From positions 128,001-192,000 of the forward strand of contig CBDCLE010000001.1 of the NCBI GenBank assembly GCA_965218585.1: a stretch of 64,000 nucleotides of DNA, in the 5' to 3' direction. The notes under the pieces are model-generated. The model was not told the origin of the DNA. It was given only the letters and a program-made list of their open reading frames with translations, and searched no databases. Position 1 is the stretch's first letter. The number at the start of each line of letters is the position of its first letter. Below are positions 1 to 10,781 of this stretch, piece by piece. This DNA comes from Terriglobia bacterium. Lineage in GTDB: Bacteria > Acidobacteriota > Terriglobia > 20CM-2-55-15. The position numbers were made by a program, and so were the translations under genes.

Positions 1-338
1 GGCCGGATGAACCGCAACTTCCCATCTACGCCGTCACGGCGGATTCTCCGGTGGCGGGGGTTTTCTTTGGCAGGCTCAAGACTGGGAAAGTCGGCTTCCG
101 GGGCTTGGCCCACTCTGAGGGCATTGTTCCCGGCGTAAAGGTGTCCGACAACCAGCTGCCACTCGGCGACACGATTGAAGACTGGCGTGATGTCCTGGAT
201 CGACTGGGCGACGACTTTCGGGCAGGACGCGCCGCGGTCGATCCGAAGGACCGCCACCTGACCTGCCGGTACTGTGCATTACCCACACTTTGCCGGATCA
301 GTCAGGCCGACCGTCCGTCGGAGGGTGGCGATGCCTGA
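1..338 (+). CDS. addB: AddB/RecB-family PD-(D/E)XK nuclease subunit, C-terminal part (runs off window start)
   Basis: Frame reads PDEPQLPIYA (RecB-family QLxxY motif) ... CRYCALPTLCR (C-terminal Fe-S cysteines); its stop overlaps the addA start (ATGCCTGA at 331-338). Confidence 0.8.
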   Translation, partial: PDEPQLPIYAVTADSPVAGVFFGRLKTGKVGFRGLAHSEGIVPGVKVSDNQLPLGDTIEDWRDVLDRLGDDFRAGRAAVDPKDRHLTCRYCALPTLCRISQADRPSEGGDA

Positions 339-3300
339 ACGCGTCGAGGACCAAGCGCAGCGTCTCCAGGCGCTCGACCCCACCCAATCGTTTATCGTGC
401 AGGCGCCGGCGGGTTCCGGAAAGACCGAACTGCTCATCCAGCGATTCCTGACATTGCTGGGCCGAGTCGATCAACCGGAGGCCGTCGTTGCCATCACCTT
501 CACACGGAAGGCAGCAGCCGAAATGCGTCACCGGGTGATCGCGGCCCTCCAGAGCGCCTCGGATCCGGACGCGGAATCGCCGCATGAAAAATACACGAGG
601 AAACTCGCACAGGAAGCCCTCGCCCAAAACGACAGATTGAACTGGCGTTTGATTGAACATCCTTCGCGTCTACGAATTCAGACCATCGATTCCTTGTGCG
701 CCACACTCGTTCGGCAAATGCCCTGGGTTTCCCGGATGGGTGCGCCACCGCGCCCGGAAGAGGACGTGCAGCATTTGTACCGTCAGGCGGCCCGCCGAAC
801 GCTGGCGATGTTGGATTCCGGCGAGACTCGGATCGAGGTATCCGACGCGTTATCGCGACTTCTCTCCCATCTGGACAACCATGTTGGAACCGTCGAGAAA
901 CTGGTGAGCACCATGCTTGGGAGTCGTGACCAGTGGTTGCGCCACGTGGTCGGACATCCCGAGTCCGCCACGCTGCGCGAGGAGCTGGAGTCTTCACTCA
1001 CCGAAGTCATCGAGCGCGCGATGGAACACCTCGCGACGACATTTCCCGAACGCTTCAAGGTGGAAACAGTCAAGTTGGCCCGCTTTGCGGCGGGGAACCT
1101 TGCGCGGGAAGGGCGCACGAGCGCCCTGGCTGCTTGCGTCGAACTGCGGGACTTCCCGGATGCTGCCCTCAAGTCGCTGCCTCATTGGCTGGGACTTGAG
1201 GAGATGTTCCTCACCGGGCAGGGAACGCCGCGCCGCCGGCTGACCAGGAATGAGGGATTTCCGGCAACTGATGCGGGACGTGCGGCTAAGGATCGGTTGA
1301 GTGCGATCGAACTCGATCCGGCCGTCGTTACTTCGTTGCACACATTGAGATCATTGCCGCCGGCGCGGTTTGGCGAAACACAGTGGGACATGCTGGGCGC
1401 CATGATGCTCCTGCTGCCGGTGGCCGTCGGCCAGCTCCGACTGGTCTTCCAGGAGGAGGGCCGGGTCGACTTTACAGAGATAGCGATCGGAGCACGAACC
1501 GCGCTGGGTTCGGACGAAGCCCCCACCGACCTTGCATTTGCTCTCGATTGTCGAATCCAGCATCTGCTGATTGACGAGTTCCAGGATACGTCCCAGAGTC
1601 AGTACGGCTTACTGACCCGGCTCATCGGCGACTGGCAGCCCGGAGACGGCCGCACGCTGTTTCTGGTCGGCGACCCCATGCAGTCGATCTACGGCTTTCG
1701 TGAAGCGGAGGTGGGACTCTTCTTGCGTGCCCGGGCCGAAGGCGTGGGCGGTTTCCCGCTGACGCCGCTCACACTCTCGGTGAACTTTCGTTCCAGTGCA
1801 GGAATCGTGGATTGGGTAAACCGCGCATTGAGTGACGCCTTCCCGGACATAAAGGATATGTTCACCGGGGCCGTGACTTACGAATCATCCGTGCCGTTCA
1901 AGACCGAACGTCTTAACGGTGCCGTTCGCGTATACCCGTTTCTCGTGAGGGGGCCGGGACTGGAAGCCGAGCGAGTTCTCGAAATCATCAATGAGACCCA
2001 ATCGACGAACCCCGGCGAAACGATCGCCGTGCTCGTGCGGGCCCGCAGTCACCTGTTCAGTATCGTCTCGGCGCTTCGTAGAGCCGGGAAGAAATTTCGT
2101 GCCGTGGAGATTGATGCCTTAGGCGAACGTCCAGTTGTCGAAGACTTGCTGGCGCTCACCCAGGCGCTCCTGCATCCCGGGGACCGGCTGGCCTGGCTGT
2201 CGATTCTTCGGGCGCCGTGGTGCGGCCTGAGGCTTGCGGATCTTGAAGGTCTGGTGAACGGCGACTCCGCGGCCGCAATTTGGGATCTCCTGCAGGATCC
2301 GGCGACCCGAGACCGGTTGTCTCCCAAAGGCAAAACCCGCATCAATCATCTGGTTCCCCTTCTCTCCGATGCCCTCGCTCGACGAGGAACGTTGCCTGTT
2401 CGCCGATGGGTGGAAGGCGTGTGGACCGACCTGGGCGGCCCGGCATGCCTCGAAACTCGCACGGAGTTGGAAGACGCCGCCGCCTATCTGGACCTCTTAG
2501 AGCAGTCCCTCGATGGGCTGGATATCCGGAACGAGAGAAAATTCGCCGATGATGTTGCCCGATTGTTCGCTCCTCCGGATGCGGAAGCCAGCGAAGAGCT
2601 GCAGTTACTGACGATTCACAAGGCCAAGGGGCTGGAATTCGATACCGTCATTCTGCCGGGATTAGGACGCCGCACACGGCCGGACGACCTGCGCTTGCTG
2701 ATGTGGCTTGAATATATGGATGGCGGTCAGTCCCGGATGCTGCTGGCGCCCATCCATGAGGCCGGCGGCGACAAGGATTTGCTCTACGAGTATTTGCGAC
2801 AGGTTGACTCTGAAAAACGCGGTCATGAAAGTACGCGTCTCTTGTATGTGGCCGCCACCCGGGCTCGGAAACACCTGCATCTCCTGGGACACGCGAGCCT
2901 GGATCGTGAAGGTGCGGCTTTGAAAGCTCCCAATTCGCGGGCCCTGCTGGCAAAGATATGGGGGGCCGTCGAGCCGGAATTCGCGGCTGCGTTGGAGAGC
3001 CCGGGTATACCCCAAGACATCGAGGAATATACAGGTGCTGTGGAGCCCAAAGGGGTGCCGCTCCGACGCCTGGCTGCTGATTGGGTGCCTGTCCCTCCAC
3101 CCGACGATATCGTTTGGAAGCCGCAGAAACAGCCGTCCGAGACGGAATCCGGTGAAGCGCACCACCCGACTTTTGAGTGGGTGAGCGAACTGCAGCGCCG
3201 AGTGGGAATCGTCGTCCATCGAATGCTTCAGGAAATGCGAGTGCCGGATCGTCTGGACTTCAGCGAAGACATCCTCCGTATCGCGCTCCGGTCCGAGGGG

Positions 3301-3699
3301 CTGGACGGAGACAAGCTGGACGAAGCCGTGTCCCGGGCAGTATCGGCTCTGCAGAATACGATCGGGGACGCCCGCGGCCGCTGGATTCTTTCCCAACACG
3401 AAAACGACGAACGGGAGTACGCGCTCTCAGCAGTTGTCGAAGGACGGGTGCGGCGCTTTGTTCTGGATCGGACTTTTGTGGACGGGAACACACGTTGGAT
3501 CATCGACTATAAGACGGGAATGCATACCGGCGGGGCCCCGGATAGGTTCCTGGATAACGAGCAGGCACGGTATCGTGCTCAGCTGGAGCGCTACGGAAGC
3601 GTGATCCAGCCCATGGATTCCCGTCCTGTCCGGCTGGGTTTGTATTTTCCCATGCTCCGGGGCTGGAGGGAGTGGCCATTCGGGCACCAGCCCGTCTGA
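331..3699 (+). CDS. addA: AddA-like UvrD helicase with C-terminal RecB-type nuclease
   Basis: Walker A QAPAGSGKT, AITFTRKAA, LIDEFQDTS, VGDPMQSIYGFR, LTIHKAKGLEF, LLYVAATRA, nuclease WIIDYKT...QLERY. Start moved from 274 to ATG 331 (coupled to addB). Confidence 0.92.
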   Translation: MPERVEDQAQRLQALDPTQSFIVQAPAGSGKTELLIQRFLTLLGRVDQPEAVVAITFTRKAAAEMRHRVIAALQSASDPDAESPHEKYTRKLAQEALAQNDRLNWRLIEHPSRLRIQTIDSLCATLVRQMPWVSRMGAPPRPEEDVQHLYRQAARRTLAMLDSGETRIEVSDALSRLLSHLDNHVGTVEKLVSTMLGSRDQWLRHVVGHPESATLREELESSLTEVIERAMEHLATTFPERFKVETVKLARFAAGNLAREGRTSALAACVELRDFPDAALKSLPHWLGLEEMFLTGQGTPRRRLTRNEGFPATDAGRAAKDRLSAIELDPAVVTSLHTLRSLPPARFGETQWDMLGAMMLLLPVAVGQLRLVFQEEGRVDFTEIAIGARTALGSDEAPTDLAFALDCRIQHLLIDEFQDTSQSQYGLLTRLIGDWQPGDGRTLFLVGDPMQSIYGFREAEVGLFLRARAEGVGGFPLTPLTLSVNFRSSAGIVDWVNRALSDAFPDIKDMFTGAVTYESSVPFKTERLNGAVRVYPFLVRGPGLEAERVLEIINETQSTNPGETIAVLVRARSHLFSIVSALRRAGKKFRAVEIDALGERPVVEDLLALTQALLHPGDRLAWLSILRAPWCGLRLADLEGLVNGDSAAAIWDLLQDPATRDRLSPKGKTRINHLVPLLSDALARRGTLPVRRWVEGVWTDLGGPACLETRTELEDAAAYLDLLEQSLDGLDIRNERKFADDVARLFAPPDAEASEELQLLTIHKAKGLEFDTVILPGLGRRTRPDDLRLLMWLEYMDGGQSRMLLAPIHEAGGDKDLLYEYLRQVDSEKRGHESTRLLYVAATRARKHLHLLGHASLDREGAALKAPNSRALLAKIWGAVEPEFAAALESPGIPQDIEEYTGAVEPKGVPLRRLAADWVPVPPPDDIVWKPQKQPSETESGEAHHPTFEWVSELQRRVGIVVHRMLQEMRVPDRLDFSEDILRIALRSEGLDGDKLDEAVSRAVSALQNTIGDARGRWILSQHENDEREYALSAVVEGRVRRFVLDRTFVDGNTRWIIDYKTGMHTGGAPDRFLDNEQARYRAQLERYGSVIQPMDSRPVRLGLYFPMLRGWREWPFGHQPV

Positions 3700-3840
3700 C
3701 ACTCCTCGGTGGACACGTTAGGAACGGCCACCACGGTGGCCGAGACAGCTGATCGCTTTTACTTGTGGCGGCTTCCTGCCGCAAGTCGGTCCAGACCTTG
3801 GTGCGACAGCGGTGCGGCCCGCACTTGGGCAGGCGATGGG

Positions 3841-4033
3841 GTCATGGCGGCCCGAGGCGTGGGTTCTGGCCATCGGCCGAATCCTGATGCAGCGGGTGGC
3901 AGATGCCTCAGCAGACAGCCTGCTCACGTTCATGTAGCACGCCGTGCTGCCTGCCTTGGTGGTGATCACCGACGGGCTCCAGAGCTACCGCCGCCTTCCC
4001 AAGCTCCGCTATCGCCACGACCGGAGAGTGCTC
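3841..4033 (+). pseudogene. IS1595-family transposase remnant
   Basis: Frame from 3869 reads AIGRILMQRVADASADSLLTFM*HAVLPALVVITDGLQSY..L..RYRH, resembling the IS1595 GRIR..DAS..SL..F...V.TDG..SY block; in-frame TAG at 3935-3937. Confidence 0.65.
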
Positions 4034-4579
4034 ATGGAAAATCGCATCAAGGAACAGCAGTTGGATCTATTCGCCGACCGGACCAGCGCGGCAACCATGC
4101 GCGCCAATCAACTCCGGCTCTATCTGTCCTCGGCCGCCTACATGCTCCTGCACGCGTTACGCCGTCTGGGACTGAAGAATACCGATCTGGCCCGCGCTCA
4201 GTGCCAGACGATCCGCTTGAAGCTCCTCAAGATCGGAGCTCAAGTCCGTCTGACGGTTCGCAACATCTGGATCTCCATGTCGGAAGCCTATCCCTACGCC
4301 GAGGTCTTTGCCCTCGTCCATCGAAACCTGCAGGCGCTTCCTCTGCGCTGCTGAGAACCGACCCGATCCCCTGCGCCAAAATCGACTCGCTCTTTTCGGC
4401 TCCGCCGAGGTTTGTCTCAGTGCGTTTCGTCACCCTCTTCTGAACCCGAAAACGCAGCAACTCCCGCTTGTCGACACCGCCGAGTCACGCCACACATGCC
4501 CAATTCGAACCCAGATCCTCCCGAATCCGATTCTTACTGCCCAAATCCCCCTGATCGCCGGACTGGTGAAACATGCGGG
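4034..4579 (+). mobile_element. IS1380-family element, 3' remnant (transposase C-terminus 4034-4354 plus probable right end)
   Basis: MENRIKEQQLDLFADRTS..MRANQLRLYLSSAAYML...TIRLKLLKIGA is typical of the IS1380 C-terminus; GTGAAACATGCGGG (4566-4579) followed by CTAG resembles an IS1380 terminal repeat and target. Confidence 0.8.
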
Positions 4580-5078
4580 CTAGAGACACCGCCAGCGGTG
4601 GAGTCGCCGCTTCTCGAAACGGAAGGTAACTGCGCTGTAACGCGCCCAACTGGAAGAGCCGGATTAAGCATCTTAATATTAATAACTTGATCGTCGGATC
4701 TCTCGAGTTGCGGCGGCGATATTCTTGTCCCGGCATTTGCTTGTAATCCGGCACACACACCGACGTGGAGGAAGGGGAATTCTGAAAATTTTTTAGAAAT
4801 CCTCGACCAATTTCTTTCGTTCTTCGAACGCAAGGATAGGAAGAGGAGGGCGAGTGAAAGCTCAAGTCGGCGTTTTTGTCCAGCGATTTCGTCTGAAAAT
4901 AATTGAAATCAGCTCGTTTATCTCTTGACCCGAGTAGCGGCTATGGACAAAAATGGCGACTGAGCAATACTAAACTAATTAGACCCAGGATGACCTCTCT
5001 TGCTGTGACAATTTGTGAGGTGTACTGGATTTAAAGGGTGATCTGTATTTGAGCAGAGAGTTTAGGAGGGTTTGGTCG

Positions 5079-7544
5079 ATGAGAAGCAAGACTCTGTTCG
5101 TTTTGTTTACGTGCCTTGCCGTAGTACTGGTTGCGACTTCGAGCCGGCAGGATTTGACAGCATCGCCGCAGCAAGCCTCGGCGCAAACTGTTGCTGAGTA
5201 CGTACAGTTAATGGACTCCTACTGCGCTGCCTGCCACAGTGGCGGCCTCGCCGGTCAGACAAGCCTGGTCCCGGTGCCGCAGTTCATGGATGAGGTCGAG
5301 ACCGACCTTACCAACATTGGCGCCGAAGCCGAAATCTGGGAGACAGTGCTCAGAAAGCTGGGTGGCCGTATGATGCCCCCGCCGGGAATGCCCGCGCCCG
5401 CCGACGCTGACCTCGAAGCCTTCACGGCTTTCCTGGCCGACGAACTGAACAGTGCGGCGGCTGCCAATCCGAATCCTGGAACGAAGGCGCTGCATCGTAT
5501 CAACAGAGCCGAGTACGGCAACGCAGTCCGCGACCTGCTGGGTTTGCAGATCGACGCGGTGGAGTATTTGCCAGCTGACGTGGACGCTTTCGGTTTCGAC
5601 AACATCGCAGAAGTCATGGGTACGAATCCGGCGTTGATGGACCGTTACCTCAATGCGGCCTGGAAGATTACTGAGGTTGCCATCGGCGACGTCTCGATGA
5701 GTCCGACGTTTTTGACCGTCGTGAATTCCTCCGACCTGTCGCAGGACAATCACATCGAAGGTCTGCCGATCGGGACGCGCGGCGGAACTTACATCGAGTA
5801 CAACTTCCCCGTGGACGGCGAATACCTCGTCAAAACGGTGTTGTTCGAAAACACCGTTGACGTACCGCGCGGCCTGTCGCAAGAGCACGATCTGGAAGTC
5901 TCGTTTGACGGCGAGCGCGTGCACCTGGCCCGGTTCGGGGGTTTCGAAGACGAGGAACCCGCTTACCTGCGGCCGGCTTTGACTGCTGCAGAAATCTATA
6001 AACGTTTCGAAACGACTATTCAGGTCGAAGCGGGGCCCCACCGGGTAGGTGTGGCTTTCCTCAAGAAGAGCACGGCTTCCACACTGAACCTGCTTGAGCC
6101 GTTTTATCGGGAACATATCGATCCGATTTCGCCAATGGGAATCCCGTCCGTTGAAGCAGTGACGATCGAAGGTCCATTCAACGTCTCTGGCCCTGGCAAC
6201 TCCCCGAGCCGTCAGACAATCTTTACCTGTTATCCCAGTGCCGACGTAGCCGAGGCGACCTGTGCCGAGGAAATCCTCAAGGGGATAGCACGCAAGGCAT
6301 ACCGCCGGCCGTTGACGGATCAGGAAGTCGATACTGTCATGGGTTTCTATCGGACCGAGATCGATAACGGCGAGAACTTCGATACGGCGATTCAGACCGG
6401 CATTACTTACATCCTGGTTAGCCCCCAGTTCCTGTTCCGTTTCGAGCGGGATCCTGAAGGCGTCGAACCGGGCTCTGTTTATCCGATCAGCGACCTGGAG
6501 ATGGCCTCCCGGCTGTCGTTCTTTCTCTGGAGCAGTATTCCTGACGACGAGTTGATCGATCTGGCTACGGAGGGACGACTCCAGGAGCCGGAAGTTCTTG
6601 AGGGACAGGTTCGACGAATGCTGGCGGATGACCGTTCGGCTTCTCTTGGCGCCAACTTCGCAGGGCAATGGCTATACCTGAGAAACATTCCAAGCACGTC
6701 TCCGAACGCGGACATTTTCACCGATTTCGACGATAACCTTCGCCAGGGGCTTCTGCGTGAGACGGAAATGCTTTTTGAGAGCATCGTCCAGGAGGACCAG
6801 CCGATAGTTAACCTGCTCACCTCAGACTACACGTTTGTGAACGAGCGGTTAGCCAAGCACTACGAAATCGAGGGTATCTACGGTGACCAGATGCGTCGTG
6901 TTCCCGTTACAGAAGAGTACCGGAAGGGGTTGTTAGGTCAGGGCAGTGTCCATCTGATCAACTCCCTTGCCAACCGGACGAATGTGGTGACACGCGGCAA
7001 GTACATTATGACCAACATCCTGGGAACGCCGCCACCGCCACCACCGCCGAACGTACCACCGCTGGACGAAGAGCCGGACGTGCCGCAATCGATGCGTGAA
7101 CGTATGGAACAGCACCGGTCCAATCCAGCCTGTTTCGGTTGCCACTCCTACATGGATCCGATCGGCTTTGCTCTCGAAAACTATGACGCGATCGGCCGTT
7201 GGAGAACGGAAGAGAACGGTGTGGAGATCGATGCATCGGGAACAATCCCGGTCCTTCGTGAATTTGGAAACATTGCCGGTCCGGTGGCCCTTCGGGAAGC
7301 CATCGTGAGCCGTTCAGAACAGTTCGTCCGTACGGGCGTCGAAATGCTGATGACGTACGGACTCGGTAGAGGGCTAGAGGCGAGCGATATGCCGATAGTC
7401 CGTTCCATTATGAGAGATGCGGCTGCGGACGATCACCGCATCTCGTCTTTGGTTATCGGCATCGTAAACAGCGCGCCATTCCAGATGCGGGTAGCCCAGT
7501 CTGAAAGTAACGAAGCAATTGCTGAGAACGCTGACCTTAACTAA
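5079..7544 (+). CDS. Planctomycete-type cytochrome c protein (DUF1587/DUF1595/DUF1592/DUF1588/DUF1585)
   Basis: Signal peptide, CAACH and CFGCH heme motifs, HRINRAEYGNAVRDL, LVSPQFLFR, ASRLSFFLWSSIPD, FAGQWL; RBS AGGAGG upstream. Confidence 0.88.
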   Translation: MRSKTLFVLFTCLAVVLVATSSRQDLTASPQQASAQTVAEYVQLMDSYCAACHSGGLAGQTSLVPVPQFMDEVETDLTNIGAEAEIWETVLRKLGGRMMPPPGMPAPADADLEAFTAFLADELNSAAAANPNPGTKALHRINRAEYGNAVRDLLGLQIDAVEYLPADVDAFGFDNIAEVMGTNPALMDRYLNAAWKITEVAIGDVSMSPTFLTVVNSSDLSQDNHIEGLPIGTRGGTYIEYNFPVDGEYLVKTVLFENTVDVPRGLSQEHDLEVSFDGERVHLARFGGFEDEEPAYLRPALTAAEIYKRFETTIQVEAGPHRVGVAFLKKSTASTLNLLEPFYREHIDPISPMGIPSVEAVTIEGPFNVSGPGNSPSRQTIFTCYPSADVAEATCAEEILKGIARKAYRRPLTDQEVDTVMGFYRTEIDNGENFDTAIQTGITYILVSPQFLFRFERDPEGVEPGSVYPISDLEMASRLSFFLWSSIPDDELIDLATEGRLQEPEVLEGQVRRMLADDRSASLGANFAGQWLYLRNIPSTSPNADIFTDFDDNLRQGLLRETEMLFESIVQEDQPIVNLLTSDYTFVNERLAKHYEIEGIYGDQMRRVPVTEEYRKGLLGQGSVHLINSLANRTNVVTRGKYIMTNILGTPPPPPPPNVPPLDEEPDVPQSMRERMEQHRSNPACFGCHSYMDPIGFALENYDAIGRWRTEENGVEIDASGTIPVLREFGNIAGPVALREAIVSRSEQFVRTGVEMLMTYGLGRGLEASDMPIVRSIMRDAAADDHRISSLVIGIVNSAPFQMRVAQSESNEAIAENADLN

Positions 7545-7568
7545 CTAGCTAGGAGGAGGAGTACGTAC

Positions 7569-8942
7569 ATGTTCATTACCAAGAAGCACCTGTCGCGCCG
7601 GACGTTCCTACGCGGAACGGGGGCAGTCATGGCACTCCCGTTTTTGGAAGCCATGGTTCCGGCTCGTACTGCGCTAGCCCAGACGGCTGCGGTTGTGCCG
7701 CACCGTTACGGGTTTGTGTATGTCCCCATGGGGACGGTCATGAAGGAGTGGATGCCCACGACGGTTGGCCCGGACTTTGAGTTCTCGCCGATCCTGAAGT
7801 CTTTGGAGCCGTTCAGGGACAAGATGAACGTCATCTCCGGCGTCTACAATCCCGGAGCGAACGGACACTCTCCCAGTAGTGGAACCTTCATCAGTGGTGC
7901 TTTCCCGGCACGGGGAAGCACGATCCTGCTCAACACGACGGCCGACCAGGTCATCGCGCAGCATGTCGGTCAGGACACCACGTTCCCATCGTTGGAGTTC
8001 GCGACCGAAGATCACTCCAGCCACCTGGGAAGTTGCGCCGGAGATTTCCTGTGTTCCTACATGAGCACGGTTTCCTGGCGGACGCCGACACAGCCGTTGC
8101 CGATGGAGATCAATCCCCGCATCGTTTTCGAGATGATGTTCGGTGGTACCCAGTCCTCGCCCGAAGCGCGGCTGGCCCGCATGAATCAGAGCACGAGCAT
8201 CTTGGATGCGGTCGCCGCGAGCGTTAGCAGTCTGCGCCGCGATCTGGGCGCTGGCGACCAGGCCAAGCTCGATGAGTACATGGAGAACGTCCGCGAGATC
8301 GAGCGGCGTATCGTCCAGGGTGAGCAGCAGCGGAGCGAGGCAAATCTGGAAGCGCCGCCGACACCGGTGGGTGTTCCTGAAAATTGGGAAGAGCACGTGG
8401 ACCTGCTGTGGGAACTGGGTGCGCTTGCCTTCCAGGGGGACCTCACTCGAGTCATCACGTTCATGATGTCTGCTGAGTTGAGTACGCGAAGCTATCCGCA
8501 GATTGGTGTCGCGGATGGTCATCACCCGATTTCACACAACAACTTTGTTCCAGAGCAGATGGCGAAGAAGGCCAAAGTGGATGCCTACCATGTGCAGCGG
8601 GTTGCGAAGTTCCTCGGGCGGCTGGATTCGATTCCGGCGGGTGACGGCACCTCGCTCCTGGACAACTTCACGATGTTGTATGGCAGTGGCATGAGCAACT
8701 CCAACGCCCACGAGCACCACAACCTGCCTCTGTGGATTGTCAGTGGCGACCTGGGCGGCAATCTCCATATCAAAGCCGGCGTCGAGTCTGAAACCAGGGA
8801 TAACGAACTTATCCCGAAGTTTGAGACAGAAACGTTGATGTCCAACGTTCTCCTCTCGTTGATCCAGCATGCGGGAGTCGAGACGGACAGTTACGGCATT
8901 GGTGACGCGGAAAGCGACGGAGTGTTCGACTTCTCCGTATAG
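7569..8942 (+). CDS. DUF1552 (HXXSHH) family protein, Tat-type signal
   Basis: LSRRTFLRG leader, GHHPISHN motif, LLDN..MLYGSGMSNSNAH; usual partner of DUF1592; RBS AGGAGGAG. Confidence 0.88.
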   Translation: MFITKKHLSRRTFLRGTGAVMALPFLEAMVPARTALAQTAAVVPHRYGFVYVPMGTVMKEWMPTTVGPDFEFSPILKSLEPFRDKMNVISGVYNPGANGHSPSSGTFISGAFPARGSTILLNTTADQVIAQHVGQDTTFPSLEFATEDHSSHLGSCAGDFLCSYMSTVSWRTPTQPLPMEINPRIVFEMMFGGTQSSPEARLARMNQSTSILDAVAASVSSLRRDLGAGDQAKLDEYMENVREIERRIVQGEQQRSEANLEAPPTPVGVPENWEEHVDLLWELGALAFQGDLTRVITFMMSAELSTRSYPQIGVADGHHPISHNNFVPEQMAKKAKVDAYHVQRVAKFLGRLDSIPAGDGTSLLDNFTMLYGSGMSNSNAHEHHNLPLWIVSGDLGGNLHIKAGVESETRDNELIPKFETETLMSNVLLSLIQHAGVETDSYGIGDAESDGVFDFSV

Positions 8943-9063
8943 ATCAGTATAGATCAGTCGCTTGTTTAGTTGGTTTATTTAGGTCAGCGATTTGGACCTG
9001 GAACCGTTCGACGGCTAGGTCGGATGGTTCCGGGGCCATGGTCTTAATCTGTTTTTATCGAGG

Positions 9064-10503
9064 ATGAGGTACACGAAGATGCGCGTTCGACAAATGCTAG
9101 GTCTATTGGTGGTGCTGACACTGACCATTGGCAGCGCAGCGGCACAAACTGTCCAGAGTAGTAACGTCGATCTGGTTCGTGCGGTCAAGGATCAGGACAT
9201 GGCAGCGGCCCGCGAGTTGATTGCCGCCGGTGCAGACGTTACCGAGCAGGACAGTGAAACGATGACGGCGCTGCACTGGGCGGCCCACTGGGACGATCAG
9301 GAACTGGTGGAACTTCTTCTCAGCGAAGGTGCCACGGCAAACATTAGCAATCGCTATGGCGTCACACCGTTACATGAAGCGGGTCTGGTTGGCAACGTTG
9401 TGATGATCGAGGCGCTGGTCAATGCGGGCGCAGATCCGAACGCAGCGTTTGGTTCCGGTGAGACTCCTGTCATGACGGTTGCACGAACGGGTAACGTCGA
9501 TGCGATGCGCGTTTTGTTGTCGAGCGGCGGTGAGGTGAACGCTGCCGAAGAATGGCGAGGACAGACGCCGCTGATGTGGGCGGCCGGTGAAGGTCACACC
9601 GAGATGGCGCTCTTCCTGATAGATCAGGGTGCCACCGTCAGCCAGAGTTCTACGCTGATGGAGTTTGAAGAGCTGAAGAGCGGGAATGGTGGCGTTCTGG
9701 TGAATCGTCCCACGGGCGGTTTGTCGGCGCTGTTTTACGCCGCCCGAAGTGGTGCGGACGCCGTCGGCGAAGCTCTGATTGCCGCTGGCGCGGAACTGGA
9801 CAACGAGGAACCCCAGTATGGGTTCTCCGCTTTGGAGACCGCCATCATCAACGGCCACTACGACTTTGCGGCACTGCTGATCGAGGCCGGAGCCGAGACA
9901 GACAATGGCGCGCTGTTCACGGCGATTGAGGCAAAAAATACCGCAGCGTACACAAACAGGCCGGCGCCTCCACAGCAGGACGCGACTTACAACGCTCTCG
10001 ATATCATGGACATGCTGCTCAATGCTGGTGCGAACCCCAGCCGAGAGCATGATATGGCCGAAATGCCCGAACGCCAGGCCCAGGGAAGAGTCAACGTTGC
10101 TCCGGGCACGACGCCCCTGCTCAGAGCGACTTTTGCCTCGGACATGGAGTCGGTTGAACGTTTGGTTGCGTATGGTGCCAATGTCTCGGCTGCTGCCCGC
10201 GACGGTTCGACTCCGCTGATGGCGGCGGCCGGAATGAGATCTCGCGGTCGCAACGACGCCGCCCGGGGAAGTGGCGACGACGGAAGGCTGACGATGTTGA
10301 AGTTGTTCCTGGCGAACGGCGCCAGCATCGACGCTGTCCAGGGTCGGACAGGCAGCACGGCGGCGCACTACGCGGCTCAGGCCGGTGCCGAGCGTTTGCT
10401 GGATTATCTGGCGGCGATGGGTGCCGATATGAATTCCGAGAACGACGAAGGTGAAACTCCTCGTGACCTGGTCGCGGCGCGCGCGGCCCGTTTACTTCCC
10501 TAG
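9064..10503 (+). CDS. Secreted ankyrin-repeat protein
   Basis: Signal peptide, many TALHWAA/TPLHEA/TPLMWAA repeats. Confidence 0.9.
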   Translation: MRYTKMRVRQMLGLLVVLTLTIGSAAAQTVQSSNVDLVRAVKDQDMAAARELIAAGADVTEQDSETMTALHWAAHWDDQELVELLLSEGATANISNRYGVTPLHEAGLVGNVVMIEALVNAGADPNAAFGSGETPVMTVARTGNVDAMRVLLSSGGEVNAAEEWRGQTPLMWAAGEGHTEMALFLIDQGATVSQSSTLMEFEELKSGNGGVLVNRPTGGLSALFYAARSGADAVGEALIAAGAELDNEEPQYGFSALETAIINGHYDFAALLIEAGAETDNGALFTAIEAKNTAAYTNRPAPPQQDATYNALDIMDMLLNAGANPSREHDMAEMPERQAQGRVNVAPGTTPLLRATFASDMESVERLVAYGANVSAAARDGSTPLMAAAGMRSRGRNDAARGSGDDGRLTMLKLFLANGASIDAVQGRTGSTAAHYAAQAGAERLLDYLAAMGADMNSENDEGETPRDLVAARAARLLP

Positions 10504-10515
10504 TTGGTTTAAAGG

Positions 10516-10563
10516 TGTCGTGCGCGTTGGCTAGTTCGCGCACGGCACGTCTTTTTTTGTTTT
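10516..10563 (+). terminator. Rho-independent terminator
   Basis: GTGTCGTGCGCG...CGCGCACGGCAC hairpin followed by T-run. Confidence 0.65.
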
Positions 10564-10781
10564 ACGCCCACCCGATTCCTCTCTGGACAATCTCCTCTTT
10601 CCAGGACACTTCTGCTCGCTGAAACACTCTCACGAACAACCTCGACCCGGTACGTGCTTGTACGTTTCTAATGTGGAGCAATTTTTTTCTCAGTCGATTT
10701 CTAGTAACATCCAATGCGGTCACCGGCTGACGGAGAGTTTCAAAGCGTATGTGCCGATTTGTGATCCAGAAGAGGAGAGCA

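Noticed and set aside
274-330. Extended ORF-track starts (274, 25999, 32127, 58523, 60216)
   Set aside because: They overlap neighbouring genes; downstream starts with an RBS or translational coupling fit the families better.
5208-6668. Long antisense ORFs (also 17437-18504, 33400-34515, 35832-37007, 41442-42599)
   Set aside because: Shadow ORFs of high-GC coding genes, with no motifs or RBS.
8938-8958. 10-bp tandem duplications (TATAGATCAG x2; GTGGCAATAA x2 at 41191-41210)
   Set aside because: Two units only, consistent with slippage; no supporting function, although the second abuts a promoter.
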